In this document: positions 11,708-26,454 of the stretch, piece by piece
Position numbering within the stretch: the stretch's first letter is position 1
Layout: each line of letters starts with the position of its first letter
Origin: Chara braunii
Lineage: Eukaryota > Plantae > Charophyceae
Length of the DNA: 60,807 nucleotides
Reading direction: 5' to 3'
NCBI GenBank assembly: GCA_003427395.1
Contig: BFEA01000011.1
Coordinates: 3,909,153-3,969,959, forward strand
Position numbers and translations under genes: made by a program
Notes under the pieces: generated by a model
Database searches by the model: none
What the model was told of the DNA's origin: nothing
What the model saw: only the letters and a program-made list of their open reading frames with translations

Positions 11708-14700
11708 ATGGCACCTGCTACATAGGCAGCAGATCTGGATATCAGATCGCTCAATGTAAACGGACTAGCCACGGCTGATGGGGAAAAGAGAAGAGCCTTG
11801 ATTGAACAACTGAAAGGAGTAGGGGGACGTATGTGGCCAGACCTTATTTGTATCCAAGAGACGCATCTTACGGAAGCTCCTATTCATGTGAGAGCCCATA
11901 ATTTGGTTTGGCCATATACTAAGTACTACTCACCATCTCAACGCAGTGGTTCGGGGGGAGTGGCCATTTGGGTTCCGCCGGAATCAAGAGTGGAAATCAT
12001 ACAATGGTCAGATGATAAAAGTCATGGTAGATGGGTGTCTGCGTTAATCATGGTAGAACTAGAAGTCATATGTGTAATAAATGTGTATGGACCAAATGAT
12101 GTTCAAGAAAGAGTGAATTTCTTCCAGGAAATTAGATCTCAGATGCCAGCAGGTATTCCGATTATCATGGCAGGATATTTCAATGCTACTCCGGACAGAT
12201 GGTTAGATCGTTGGAAAATACCTGATCCATGTCCGCCATATGTAGAAATAGATGAAATAATAATTAACTCTCTATGTGAAAATCAGCGATTATTTGATAC
12301 CTATAGAAGGATTTTTCCACAGAAGAAATTATTTACTTGTATTAGAAATAATGGAACCCCATCTCAAACGCGCTCCAGAAATGATCTGATACTGATGTCT
12401 GATGATCTAGACAGATCCTTACTGTGGGCGGCAATATTCCCACAAACCCCTTGGCCGGGGGCCGATCATAAGATGTGTGTGACTCTCCTGTCTTTTTCAA
12501 AAAAGATAGACCAAGGGCGAGGCTTTTACAAACTAAACTCTTCTTTACTTAAACAGGGTCAATTTAAGCATTACATTAGAGATGTGTGGGCCTTTTGGCA
12601 TTCGACTAAAGATAGGCATGATTCTTATGAGGAATGGTTTAATAATGACTTAGCCTTTTTATCTAAAAAATGTAATGAGTTTTCGAAAATACAAGCCAAA
12701 AACAGATATCAACAAAAAATAAATATCCAAGAACAAATTCTAAATTACGAATTATCACATCATTCTGATGATGACCCTCCTCTTACTGATATTCAGGACC
12801 TCAAAAAACAATTACTTTCCTTTGCTCAACATCGTTGGAAAGGTCATTTGATTAGAGGCAAACTAACTAAGTTTGTGACAGAAGGACAGATGGATGCTAC
12901 TTTCTTTGCTCTCGCTCGTACACGATCGAGACGCTCCTTAATAAATGGACTTACAGATCCAAGTAGTACGGATCAACTTCTATCCTCATCCTCAGCAGCC
13001 AGTCTAAAAATAGCATATGATTTCTACAAAAATCTCTTCTCATCTTCCAAGGATCCTGAGGAAACAAAGGAAGATGATTTAGCAATAAACAGTTTCCTTC
13101 AGCCCATGACACAAGCACTTTCCCATGAACAAAAAGATTTATTAGAAAGACCAATGGAAAAGAGAAATTTGGGCATCATTACTACAGATGGAGGAAGGAA
13201 AACCCCAGGAATTGATGGTTTGCCAAAAGAATTTTGGGAAATCATATGGCCAACTTTTGCCTCTGATCTAATGGAATTATTTAACTCAATCCAGGAATCT
13301 GGAAAAATTGGGGAATTTGTGGGACAAAGATATCTTACACTCATCCATAAAAAGGGGGATAAGACAAACATTAGAAACTACAGACCGATTACTCTATTAA
13401 GTGTGGTCTATAAAATGTTAGTTAAAGCTTTGGCTAATCGTCTGATCCCTGTGATGGCGGATATTATTTATCCCTCTCAAACAAGATTTATCAATGGGAG
13501 ACATATTCAAGACAACATATTACTCATTAATGAATTAATTAAACTATCAAGACAATCAAAGAATAACGCTGCATTTATTTTTATCGATTTTGAGAAAGTT
13601 TATGATCATGTGGATTGGAGATTTTTAGATGCTTGCTTAGTTAAAATGAATTTTGGACAAAACTTAAGGAAATGGGTACGTATCCTACATATGAATGCAA
13701 CCACACGCATTTTTATAAATGGGCTTCTTTCCCCGGAAATCAAACTACAACGGTCGGTCAGACAAGGAGATCCATTAGCACCCTTCTTGTTCTTAATCAT
13801 CATGGAAGCACTAGGGGCCAATTTGAAGGCAAATAGAAATATAGAAAAATTGAGTATCTCTAGAATCCCTGAGGAAGCCATCTTAATCTCTTCAATGTTT
13901 GTTGACGATCTTCCTATTATCATAGATGCGACACAAGAGAATATGGTTGAAATCCAAGCGTTAATGAACAGGTTCGCACAAGTCTCAGACATGGTTGTCA
14001 ACTGGGGCAATAAAACCCAGGGTTGGTGGATCCACTCTGCAGGAGATAGGCCACCGGAACAACCAAGAGTGAAATGGCTACCTTTAGAAGCACCAGTGCG
14101 TGTCTTGGGGGTCTCCCTAACTGCAGTCGGTAAACCCACCACTTATAATGAGTGGGTAACTAAACCAGCTATTGACAAGAATTTATGAAAAAATAAGCAT
14201 ACTTCAGTATTTGGGAGAGCTCTTATTATTAACAATGTCATATTGGCTTCTATATGGTATAAAACGGAGTTGTGGTCGTTGAGTAAAATAAGCACTAAAG
14301 TGTTGCAGAGGCAGATCATAGCCTTTCTGTGGAGGGGTAATCATGAATTGGACAAGGTTATCCCTAGAGTGGCTTGGAAATATCTGTGTCAACCCAAATC
14401 CAGAGGGGGCCCAGGGATTCTAGACCCTACCCTTCAGTCGCAGGCTTTAGCTTTACAATGGATAAAAAAGTTAATCTTGTCTACTGATTTACCATGGCAA
14501 CCAATGGTCTTAGAACAAATTAGAAGATTAGCACCCTAGGCAAGTGAAGATACTCATCCTCTTTCCTGGATTGAAGATCGATTTTGGACTATCCCTAGAG
14601 TGTTAATGGGAAAAAGAGGTTCAGGGGATAAAGAGGAGGCCAGAAGGGATCTAGTTTTGGATAATTTTCTGGCAAATCTTTTAAAAATTTGGAGGCAGCT

Positions 14701-16014
14701 TCCATTGCCAGATAGACCCTTTCCCAATAGGTACGAAGAAATCCTTCGCCAACCCTTGTTTGGAAATCGTTGGATCACTAACATGAATGGTTGTATCCTT
14801 AATGCTTCTAAACCTCCATGGAGTCAATGGGTTAAAAAAGGCATTACACGGATTAAGGACATACGAGATCCCTGTATAAAAGATTGGAAGTCAGGTGATC
14901 AAATTAAATCGACACTAAGGTATGCACATCACCTAAATACAAACCTGGAGTAGATGATTTTTTCCATTCCTCTAGCATGGGTTTCCACCCTCAGGAAAGG
15001 TCCTAAGATCAAGGAGGGGGATTGGGTGGTGGGAGTTCAAAATAATGGAGAAAAGGTAGTGGGGCAGGTAGTCCTTAAATCCCAGCAAGATGCCTCAGTC
15101 AGTATCTGCAGAACTAACAGACATCATTTCCTGATTCACACGAGGGATGATCCGGTAGTATTGTTCCCCTTAACACATATGTATCGGGTTAGGTTTTATT
15201 TATTCCATCAGTTCAGAAATGGAAGGTTTTCCACCCAGAAATTCTCATCCCAGATTTACCGCTGGACCCTGAGGAATGGGTATGGAATACCTCGAAAAAA
15301 AGTCACTCTAGATCCCTGCAAAATCTTACGGTTAAAGCGACATATCGATTACTTAGACCAAAAATTCATATTTCAGCAATCATTCGAGAAAGATGGGCTA
15401 CGCATCTGAATCAGGACATAAATTCGATCAAAAGAATTAAAATTTTCAATAAAATTAAACAGAGGCCAGCAAAATTCACGTCTCTCCAATTGCAAATAGC
15501 ACACCGATGCCTACCCACCAATGATTGGATTATAGACCGAACTTCATTAGAACAAAAGGGTCTAGCTCTCCCTTGGTGCAAATCTTGTGTAACAAATTTT
15601 CCTAGTAAAAAATGCAGGGAAACAATAGAACACATTTTCATGCAATGCCCTGGGTCGGTTTTACTATGGAGAAGATGGGATTATATATGGAGAAAGTACA
15701 CGGGTCTAGATTGGCCATGGGATTGGAAAGCAATCCTACTACAGCATTGGTTACCACAACATATCTCCCTATCTCCCTTTCAATCGAACTTTTTTGAAGT
15801 AGGGAGAAAAGCAATCATCTGGGTCCTTTGGTATAGACGCTGTGTGTTAGAAAGAGAAAACGTTAGGTTGGAAGGATCTGAACTGACCGAATACATAATT
15901 CAGTTCGTTCAGACAGAAATCAGAAATCAATGGGAAAAATTGGCTACTAAATTATATAAACTTCAAAGGAAAAAAGATATTATTGGTCTAATCAAAGAAT
16001 TTGAAAAGGACTGA
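11708..16014 (+). pseudogene. LINE ORF2: AP endonuclease, reverse transcriptase, C-terminal CCHC finger; premature stops and frameshifts
   Basis: IRSLNVNGL, CIQETH, NVYGPN, ADHK (APE). NYRPITLL, FIDFEK, RQGDPLAP, FVDD (RT). CKSC...ETIEHIFMQC. Confidence 0.95.
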
Positions 16015-16931
16015 CTGGGCAATGAAGAGGATAGGAGCCTGGGTAAAGTGAAATGGCCAGGGAAGGAGAGACCGGGATCTCTTTTTAAAAGAGATTTCTA
16101 AGTTTTTTTCCACAATTGGTTTTCAATTCAATCAGACGCCTCACTCAGAGATCCTATGTTTTTTGCTAATCCCTTCCCACCTTCCCAATTATCACTAATA
16201 GAAATGATCTGATGATCGAGTGTCACTAGGTGAAAGTTCCTGGGTCCTGAGGCAGCAGGCCTCCTCATTCGGTTGAGGGACATTCACTAGGGGGAGTTTT
16301 TTCAAAAAAAAAAAAAAAAAAAAAGGTCCCAGGCTAGCGGAGTCTATTCCTCACCCACCCACCCAGCCCAATTTTATGGCACAAGAANNNNNNNNNNNNN
16401 NNNNNNNNNNNNNNNNNNNNNNNNNNNNNNNNNNNNNNNNNNNNNNNNNNNNNNNNNNNNNNNNNNNNNNNNNNNNNNNNNNNNNNNNNNNNNNNNNNNN
16501 NNNNNNNNNNNNNNNNNNNNNNNNNNNNNNNNNNNNNNNNNNNNNNNNNNNNNNNNNNNNNNNNNNNNNNNNNNNNNNNNNNNNNNNNNNNNNNNNNNNN
16601 NNNNNNNNNNNNNNNNNNNNNNNNNNNNNNNNNNNNNNNNNNNNNNNNNNNNNNNNNNNNNNNNNNNNNNNNNNNNNNNNNNNNNNNNNNNNNNNNNNNN
16701 NNNNNNNNNNNNNNNNNNNNNNNNNNNNNNNNNNNNNNNNNNNNNNNNNNNNNNNNNNNNNNNNNNNNNNNNNNNNNNNNNNNNNNNNNNNNNNNNNNNN
16801 NNNNNNNNNNNNNNNNNNNNNNNNNNNNNNNNNNNNNNNNNNNNNNNNNNNNNNNNNNNNNNNNNNNNNNNNNNNNNNNNNNNNNNNNNNNNNNNNNNNN
16901 NNNNNNNNNNNNNNNNNNNNNNNNNNNNNNN

Positions 16932-19900
16932 GTTCCTGCCAGCATTGATTACCCTGGGATCCAGGGCATTGACTGAGCAGGCTGTTAGAGAGAGGGGGAG
17001 CCTCTTCGCCCTGAACCCGGCACCAGATCACTGCTGCTACACACTAGCTCCTCCCTCCCCCTACTAGTGAAAAAATTAGCAGAAAAAATGAAACCTGTCA
17101 GCAATGATTGCCTTGGAGCCCGGGGGATTGACTGCACAGGTTGTGGGGTGACTTTTGCCTATATCATTCCAGAGCCCTGCTCAAACAGGCACAGAGGGGA
17201 ATTGGTAGGTGGCAGTTTGAATGATGCGGATGGGACTCCTAGTTCCAGGGGGCGACCGGATTAAGGGGCCCCATCCGCCAATCTCGCTACCCAGCTAGTG
17301 AAATCCTCTCCTGTCCCGGTTGAGCAGGCCCTCTCTATTCCGTATTCCCTACTCCCTACCGCACCAACTTAAGTCCATCAATGTATGGTTGGGGATGGGA
17401 AACGAAAGGGTCTGGGAAGTCTGTGGGAGGGGGAGGGGGATATCGTCAGGGATCACGGTCCAATCGTTGAAACAGAGACGATAGTTCTTCTCTCTCGCTT
17501 CCAGTCGATGATCGTCATCCATTCGCCAACCATCCCATTGTACACTTGCTATCCTCCCCCTCGTTCCCCTCCCAGGCAGTCCATGCAGAATTCTTTTAGG
17601 CAGCGAGTAACGTTAGTCTTTTCGGAGAGGGGCTTTGTCGACTGCATCAGTTGTGTCCATCGAGCCTTGATTGCAATCTCAAATGTGTCCTTGATGATCT
17701 CAGTCATCTCGCCCCTCCCTATATGTGCGCCGTCGATGGTCAATATGCAACGGCGCCTCCAAATTGCCCACAGTACCGCTTTCCTACCTATCGGGAACAG
17801 ATTGGAAACGGAACCTGCAACGTGGGCTGTCCAATGTCCGCAGAGCAGGGCTCTCCACTCCCATGGCCAGTCAGTGCCTGTTTCGAGGGCTGCCCAAATG
17901 CTTGCCCACCATCGCCAGACTAGCTTTGAGGATGGGCATTGTTTTTTTTTTTTTTTTTTTTTTGGAAACAAGGCTCCAATCTATTCGCGGGGAGCAGCAC
18001 GTGCTGGGAACCGGGCCCGGCATCCCATATAGAAATTTACATAGAACTTGGAAGATTGAGATACCGGGGCCATTACCCGGCTTTGACTCAGAAAATTAGA
18101 GCTACTTAGGAAATGAGTAAGACAGACTTGAGGAATAAGCAGGATTCAAAAAACGACACAAAAAACCCTCCCATCGATCCTCTCTACCTCACTTTGGCAA
18201 GACTTACAACAGCAGAGCCACCATCTCCGCTGCTGCTATACCAATCCTACCAGCTAGCCCCCTCACTAGTAGGACGCGTGATATCCCACCATCTCCTTCT
18301 CCCACTCACCTCGTTCTCTTTTTGAAATACCTAAGAACACTTACAATAATTCGGGAGGCATGAGAATAGACCGCGGGGTCCTGAAAAATGCTCCGAAAAT
18401 ATCGAACTCCCTAACAAACCTTTCCAAAATTCTCCAAAAATGTCTTACTCCCTACCGAGCTCTTCCAGGCCTCACACCCCCACTTCCTGCTGGGTTACAG
18501 GGCAACACAACTCAACCCAGCACCGACCAGCGTTGTCCCAACATCGACCCTTGGTTGTCCCGTGAAATGCCCACCCCAAAGCATCCCCGGATCTCTCTAC
18601 CTGGCCTCGCGCTCCTGCATCAGCAGGTTACAGGGCAACACCCCAGCACCGGCCAGCGTCGTTCTGGCATCGAACAACCGCAGATCACTGAGTATAACAA
18701 CGTCGAAGCCAACTAGGACAAGTTGATAGGAGTCCCAGAGTCCTAAACATTCTTAGGTCCACCAACCGGCCAACTTTTTCAAGACTTCCTCCTGCGATAG
18801 AGTTAAATTCAGAAAAAACAAAAAAGTTTGGAATAATATGAGAGCAGGGGATCGAAACTGAAACCACCTACTATCCTAACCTCCCGCCCTCAACAGACGG
18901 ACTGTCAGTCCAGACTTTCAATTCTCATACCAGAACTCACTTGATCTCATACCCCCTTCTGCTAGGGTAACAGGGCACCACAACCCTCCCCAGTACCGAC
19001 CAACCTAGTTCTGACGGACAGGAAGTGCCTTCCTCCCTCGACAATTCCCTTAGCGGCAAGCCCCTAAACAGGTTACAGGGACAATACCCCGGCGCCGACT
19101 ACGTCGGATGATCTGGTTATGCCTTCCACCCTCGGCATAACTCCACAGGCCTCAAGCTCCCTCTGGGTCACATAGCAAAGTCCCAGCATCGGCGTGTGTC
19201 GTCCCAACACCGTCCTTCTAACCTACTCACCTTAACAGACAACCTTCCTCTGTTGAGAGCCCCCTTACTACCTTCCACCCTCCAACTCTAGTTCCCCCCC
19301 CCATTCCCTCCTTTTTTGAGATACCAGAGTCACCCGGAACTCTACAACACACATAGGCTTACTATGTGGCCATCGAAGTTACTCCCTCCCTCAACAAGAT
19401 CCTCACACCCTGCTACAAACAACCACCCCCTTGCCTTCTCTCCCCAACCTCCAGTGCTGATCCAACCCTAGATGAGTCTGTCCCAGGAAAAGACAATCCC
19501 TCAATACCGCCTCCCCCCTTCGAGGATAACACCTCCCACCTTGTGAAACCCCCACAGGGAGGGGCTCCAACCCTGAAGGAGAACCCCACAGCTACACAAA
19601 ACAAGCCACAAATATACCGTAAGGACCCGGGCAAGCATTGAAACACCACTAACAGAAAAGACCAATCCGAATCCGATTTTACCGCAGTAGTAATCAAGAC
19701 CGGGAGGTTAAGATTGGCAGACATAGGTTTTTCCATGTAGAAAAATTACTTCAGAATCGTACTTTTATAAATTGAAAAGCAGAAATGAAAACTTGGAATC
19801 TCTTTGAGACATCTTTTGGAAAGAAGAATTTTAAAAACGAGATTTAAAAAAAAAACACTAAGATGTCCAATATTGGACTCACGAACATATGAAATCAAGA

Positions 19901-22900
19901 AAATAGTCATGATCGTAGTTAAGATCTTATTAAAGGAAACAACTATATGGGAAATAACATACTCTTGAATAGGAATTGTACGGAAAATCACTGCGAACGA
20001 TATAAAGAAACAAAGTACTATCGAAATATTCTTCGAACAAAGTGATCGGCAAAAACTTATTGATCATCAAGCGAAACAAGTACCAGATCATCTCAATCAA
20101 TCGGCCTAGAGACAAAGGACGATCGAGAATCATGAATTGAAATCCAAGATTTATCAGTGGAAATCAACAGGATTAAAAAGCTTGATAAACCGCGTGTAGG
20201 TTAAATTCCAGATCAACAAAAAACCTCCTCTTCCTTCTTCCTCAACCCAGACTTGTGCGACGTGAAGAGCACCGACGTGTCCTGCGTGCTCTTCGCCCTC
20301 CCGCTTCGACCCTCCAACCAAAACTTTGACCGCCCTGCCTCTCGGCCTGTATTCCGACGACCTCTGCGACAAGCACCAGTGCCAACACCACTTTGTATCT
20401 CGCACTAACTGCCACAACTGTCTCCATGGCTGCGTTCCGCAGAGCTTTCTTAGTTCTCCTACGCCTTCAAACTGTAGAGAGCGTCGTGCCACGGTATTCA
20501 CAAGAATCACGAAGCTGAAGCTATTCACACCCTTTTGTTCCCACACCGAATGCTGCTTTGACTCACAGCAGATGACTCGCACACACGCTCTTTCCGTGCC
20601 ATCGAGCACACATGGTGATGCTAGTCGATGCCAACGCGCCAACCTCTACGCACCATCGCCCAACATCACCCACTTACAGTCGTGTCACCTCCATCTTAGC
20701 CGGCTGGCCCGCTCGACATACGATACGCCCCTCGCAAGCCTACCGCTTCTCGAGTAAGCCGAGCGCAGCGCTCCCGGTAGCGCTGCGTCGGTCGGTCTGG
20801 ACCCGGTCGTAGATGCTGTTACAATATGAGGGAAACTTGCCATTTACAATAAAGATGGGCATTGTAAGAAAAGGTGTTCCATAGTCTCGTTTTCCTTGTG
20901 GGATGGTAAGCCCTCCAAGCGGGCCACACACCACGGGAGGGCTATGCCTTTCTGCTCCAGGTTAGAGTGGGAAGGCAGCGGTGGACAATTTGTCATTGCA
21001 GCGAGGCCAGTTTGGTGGTTTTGCACTTAATTTGTTTAAACCATTTAATTGGTCTCAATGTTACTAATGGTACGTTCAGATGCCTCGCCCATCGGTCCAC
21101 AATCCGATCCTTCAGGTTCATGCGGGATCTTAGTAACCTGTAAGTGGCCTTAAGACCCTTAACCCCCAAGTTGTGCAGGTACCGGTAACGGGGTTGTGGG
21201 TCCCGCGAGGGGATCTGCCACCTCCATTCAGCCGGATCAATGGGGAGTTCCTGAATGGGCAGCTCAAGCCTGAAGACTACCCAGCAATCCCCCTCCTGCA
21301 GCACTCTCACCCTGTGAATAGCTAGCTACCTTCGGGAGCCCCACGCATCAATTTGTTTTGGTTATTCCTATAAAACAAATTTACCAGCGCTTCTTCTCTA
21401 CTAGTCTTCAATACTTGACCGACACGAGCCCCATCCCCTTCTGTTGCCACCTAATCTCTTTCCAAAAATTGTGGGCCCCGTCGTAGTATTTGCACCCATG
21501 CTAGGGGAACGGAAAAAATAAGATCTGCAAGATTTTCCCCAATCCGGTGGCAATGTGGTAGTTTACTTCTAAGTTGGGCTTCTTTTATCCAATCATTGTG
21601 TATGTTGTCCCATATGTGCTCCACTTTATGGACTTCATGTCTGACCCAAGAGCTCCACGGACTTCCTGAGCTTGTGAAGACTCTCCCCTGTCGGTCTGTT
21701 ATGCAGCGGTTTCCGAACAGGGGTTGGCGGAGCACCTCCTCCCATCTACTGGGTCCTGGTCTGTTCGGGAGAGGGAGCCGCCGCCAGTCCCGAATCAGGC
21801 GAGCCCAAAAATTGTTTTTTTTAAGGTATGCACGGGCCGCTGCTCGGTCTGACTGCCCAACCAGCCCTCGGGAACGTCTGGGAACTGATCAAAACACATC
21901 GTCCAACCAAACGAGAGGGTGCGCGGAAAGCCGTGATTTGGGAGCTAGTCGTGCTATTTGTTCTAATATTAAAGGCTCCCATGGGAGGTTAAGTGTACAG
22001 ATTAATTTTTTAAGCCACTGTAGGGCCAGGGCAGCTGCCTGTGTGTCTGGATCAAGAATCCTCAGACCGTCGTGGGACTTAGGTTGAACAATCGCCTCCC
22101 ACGCTCATCACGTTATATGTTTGTTGGTTTCCCCGCCACAAAAAGGATGCAGTCCGCTGTCTCAGGGATCTCGATACTTCCCGGGACAGGGGTCAGATAA
22201 CAGATCTGTACCAGAGGGACGCAAGCGCCACGTTGTTAATAACGAGAGCCCTGCCAAAGAGAGAGGTGTGTTTGTCCGTCCATGAATCAAGTTTTTGGAA
22301 TGCGGGGTCCATTATTGTCATTGCACTCAGGTTTTCTTTCGGCCGACAGTTGGATCCCTAGGACCCGAATCGGGGCCTCCAGCGGACACCAGGTGACCCC
22401 AGGCCGCTCCGGAGGTCTACCACCATTGTGATGCATCCACCACCCCAGGGTCTTACTACCCAGTTGACCGACATATCTGAAAGGGTACAAAAGTGGTTCA
22501 TCAAACTCTCGATATCTTCCATATTCCGATGGGGGGCCTCAATCATCAATGTTAGGTCGCCAGCAAACAGAGAACACACTTGCATTACATCCTCCGGGAT
22601 GGAAGACACCTGGATCCTACGGATGTCCTTATTGGCTCTGAAGTTTGTCGCTAGAGCCTCCATGACTACCATGAAGAGGTAAGAGGCCAAGGGGTCACCC
22701 TGTCTGACCGAACGCTGCAGGGGGAAGTCAGGGGTCAGGTGTCCATTAATTTGTACTTTAATAATGGCGTTAGTATGGAGGATGTGCACCCATCGTCTGA
22801 AGACCTCCCCAAAATTCATTTTGGCCAGACGCTTGTCTAAAAAATGTCAATCCCTGTGATCGTACGTCTTTTCGAAGTCTATAAAAATAAAGGCGGCATT

Positions 22901-23076
22901 GCACTTGGACTGGAGGGAGAGGCGCAACAGTTCGTTCACTAATAAGATGTTATCATGGATGCGATGACCCTTGAGAAAACCGGTTTGTGAGGGATGTATT
23001 ATCTGCCCCAGTGCCCAAGGCCATCCGGTTGGCCAGCGCTTTGGATAGCATTTTATAGACAACGGTTAACAGCGTT
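16932..23076 (-). mobile_element. Second degenerate L1/Tx1-type LINE (RT to 3' UTR), interrupted at 17943-20853
   Basis: IHPSQTGF, FIDFEK, RQGDPLAS, LRQPLFGN. ETMEHLFLQCPS (20854 side) continues as CPSSKLVWRWW (17942 side). Homologous to the ORF2 at 11708-16014. Confidence 0.9.
17943..20853 (-). mobile_element. 2.9-kb non-autonomous polyA retroposon
   Basis: 12-bp TSD GATGGGCATTGT (17931-17942 / 20854-20865), polyA tail and structured-family 3' end. No RT or EN motifs seen. Confidence 0.8.
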
Positions 23077-26000
23077 GTCGGTGCGAATACCCTTACAAGG
23101 GTATCCGCCCTGGTTTTTACAGGTGACAGAAAATAGGTTAGTTTAAAGTTTAAATATACCGCTCGAGGCGCGGCTGTGTATGTAGTTTAAGATTGACTTA
23201 ATGATTGACTAGAGTAAGAGAGTGGGTCGGCGCGCAGACTTAAAACGCGCGTGATCTGTTTCCCCTTTGATGATTGTGAAAGTCGGCGCTGGTCGCCGGC
23301 AAATTTTTATTTTTAATTAAACTATAATTAAAAAAATTTCGTCTCGTAATTGGTGTGTTTATCTGTGATCTGTGCGTACATACGAACTTGACGGACAACA
23401 TCAACAACCACGTAATCCGGAGAATGTTTCGGTAGATCTAAGCATCACACAATATCTGTTTACTTAGGTGTCCGTCAAAGCTAGACCCTGCCTTGGGCCT
23501 AGCATTATTGGTTACAACGTCGGACTTTCATCAAAGAGATTCAGGGATCGGGATCGAGCGGCGATGACGCGGGGATATCAGAAGGGCACGGAGAGACCGA
23601 GGGGTTGAGGGCCCAACGGGGGCTCTCCTCTTTGGTTTTGTCGTCGGTGCAGTCGGGGCGGTATTAGCGGGTCCCTTTTCGTTTCGTCCGCCGCTTCCTG
23701 ACAATTAAAAGTTTCTAAATAATTTTTTTATTGTTTATTGTTATTTTGCTCCGATGTTCTTTGACTCAGGCGCGATGCTGGATTTCGAGGTCGTCGCGAC
23801 GGTCGAAGGCTTTGAGCACGCTGTCGGGCGCGGCGGTCCCACACCTAAACGTAAAGTAATTCATTTTTTTTTGTGTCGGACCTCACGGTCGCATCACGCA
23901 TAAGTTTTTGAAGCGTTTCAACGAAAGACCAACTCCGACCGTGCACGCCAGCTATACCTCCCGCAGCCCCTGCGACATGACAAAGGTTCGCGAGGTACAA
24001 CTCACCTCCACCTATGGGAGTTGTCCCCATCCCTTAGGTGGGTGTATCCCTGCTGAGCTACTGACTCACATGCGAAGGTTTTTACTTGCAATCAAAGAGG
24101 TAAGTTAGTCGAGGGTGTTTGCTCGATCACCGTAGCATAAGCATACGTGCGGTTGAACGCCTAAGACTGATCTTCCGGACCGACTTACAAATCAAGTCGA
24201 CTCGTATGACGAACGATCGCGGATACTATGCTTTGCTTAGAAATAGTTCTATAGGAATGACTCATATCCTATCCCTTTTTCCGGAGCTCGACCATCGCAA
24301 CACTTGAATTATCAGGGGTCATTCGTAAGGCATATACCCATCCTGTGTAGTGATTAGATTCATTCAACATATCTCTTTCTGAAAACCTTTTGCCATACCA
24401 CACATACATATGAAATATAATAAGATTAAGTAATTAGGCAAGGAGATGTCACATACACTTAACACATTCACATGAACAATTTGAATTCATCAGGGAAAAC
24501 ATAGGTCATTGACCTTTCAAACATGTATAGATGAAATGAACATAAAATGAATAGGGTTTTTAGCCTTATCAGTAATCTTAATTTGCTTATCAATCAGGAA
24601 AGAGCACAAGGTTGGGTACTCAAACCAAGTGTATAAAATCGCGCGTTGACGAAATGTCTGGATCAAGGCCCAGAATAGCGTAAGTTTCTCAATGGGTTGC
24701 AGTGAATAGCATGACTGGTCGTTTTACTGACATGCAAGCAGAATCAATCACATTTACACAATCCTAACAGAGTCAACCTTTTATTCAATTTCACCCACAT
24801 TACACTTACACTTACAACCTTTTTGCTAGGCATCCTCTTTTTTTACTTAGTCATTCAGCCTCATCTGACTTTAGTCATTTAACGACCCTTTTTGACGAAA
24901 CACAAACCCTTTTGACAATGACCTGAAAATCAGAGATGCCATTCAGTACAAAGGTCGATGCAAAGTGTGGGTGTCGAGGGTGAGTGAGGGTTGAGTTGGC
25001 GAATCAACCTATTACCATATGGCAACAACATATTGTCTTGTATAGACTCATAAGGAGTCTTCTTGGTTAAGATGACATGCAATCACACACAGATCCACAT
25101 GGTCTCAACACCTCTTTGCTATCGATACGACCCTATCTGAAGTTCAATATAGTGAACTTTATTTTAGTTAGGAATAATACTACATCGACATAACTCCCTC
25201 TAGGTAGCCTCTCTAACTTCTTATCAGATCAACTTTTAGAGATAATCGTCTAAAGAAAGAAAAGTATAGAGCTAACATCGCGAAAACTTTCCCCTTCAGA
25301 CATACACAAACAAAATATCTTCAATCTCATACGGAGTAGAATCATAAGATTTGACATCAATCACTTAGTTAAGGAAGCAGGACAGGTCACACGTGACGAC
25401 GTTTCTTCTACCTCCACCTTAGTAGAATAAAAAATTGGACGTTTTCAGTTCGTTAGTCTTTTGCGGGATCTTCATAAGAGTTGTCAAAGGAGGATAGATC
25501 ACACAGAGTCTTCACCTTTTTACCGAGTGTCTGGTCGTGATAGGTTAGACCTCATGGAGTCTTGCTTCTCCTATCGTTGTTTGATGTCGAAGCACGGCTG
25601 GAGGGCAATAAGGCAGGCTTCTCGGAATCTCGCTTCTCTTATCACCACCTCCCTTACCCGTGCCATTATTGTAATAGGGCAGGCATCTCCAGGCCTCGCT
25701 CCTCTTATCGCTTACTTGCACTGACGCACGGCTGGATGGTAATAAAACAGGCTTCTCGGAGTCTCGCTTCTCTTATCACCACCCCTTTTCCTTAGTCGTG
25801 CAGTTAGGCAATAGGGCAGGCCTCTCGGGGCCTCGCTCCTCTTATCACCCTTGCAAGTTCTCTCAACGAACTCGGTCGTCGCTTTTGACGTCTCTTAAGC
25901 CCTGGATCATTCGGAAGTCTTTAAGCTCATGCGGGTAGGCCATACGAAACTTGTGCCCTACACCTTAAAGACCTTCTGCCTGATCTCCGAACTGTGTTAG

Positions 26001-26454
26001 TTTAGGATTTTTCAGAAGATACTTTAGTCAACTGTAGGGCAAAAGTTAGTTGGTCCACATTCACAGTACTTTACCAATTGCACGCACAATCCCTCAATCC
26101 ACTGTAAACCCTACTTTATCAATGTTAGGTGGTCTATTAAGCAAGACAAGACTGCACGGAGTCGATTCCCTTGCGGTCACATTCAACAAAAAAAAACACT
26201 CACATAGCGAGACAGTTTCACAAAACTTCTCGTTCTCGCTATGTTTTTCAGCAACAGTTAGTCAAACCCAGTCCCTTTCTATCATATCATGGTAGATGAA
26301 ATGCGTACCGCATTGTCTCACTCGATTGGCTGCGCACAACACCGCTTATCCGTGGTATGTTAGATTTCGACCAATCTTACGGCTATCTTCGGTGATAAAG
26401 AAAATGAAAAAAATAAAAATAAATAAATAAATAAATAAATACGAAAGAAAGATT
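23077..26454. repeat. Probable non-coding LTR/UTR fragment of another retrotransposon
   Basis: Begins near a TG where the LINE RT breaks off. Non-coding, with a ~135-bp internal tandem duplication at ~25590-25850. No partner LTR in the window. Confidence 0.35.

Larger units (their letters stand above)
7540..16324 (+). mobile_element. Near full-length degenerate L1/Tx1-type LINE
   Basis: Long 5' region with tandem monomers, ORF1 with a zinc knuckle, ORF2 (APE-RT-CCHC), 3' UTR and polyA at ~16305-16324. The 5' boundary is approximate and no TSD was found. Confidence 0.9.
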
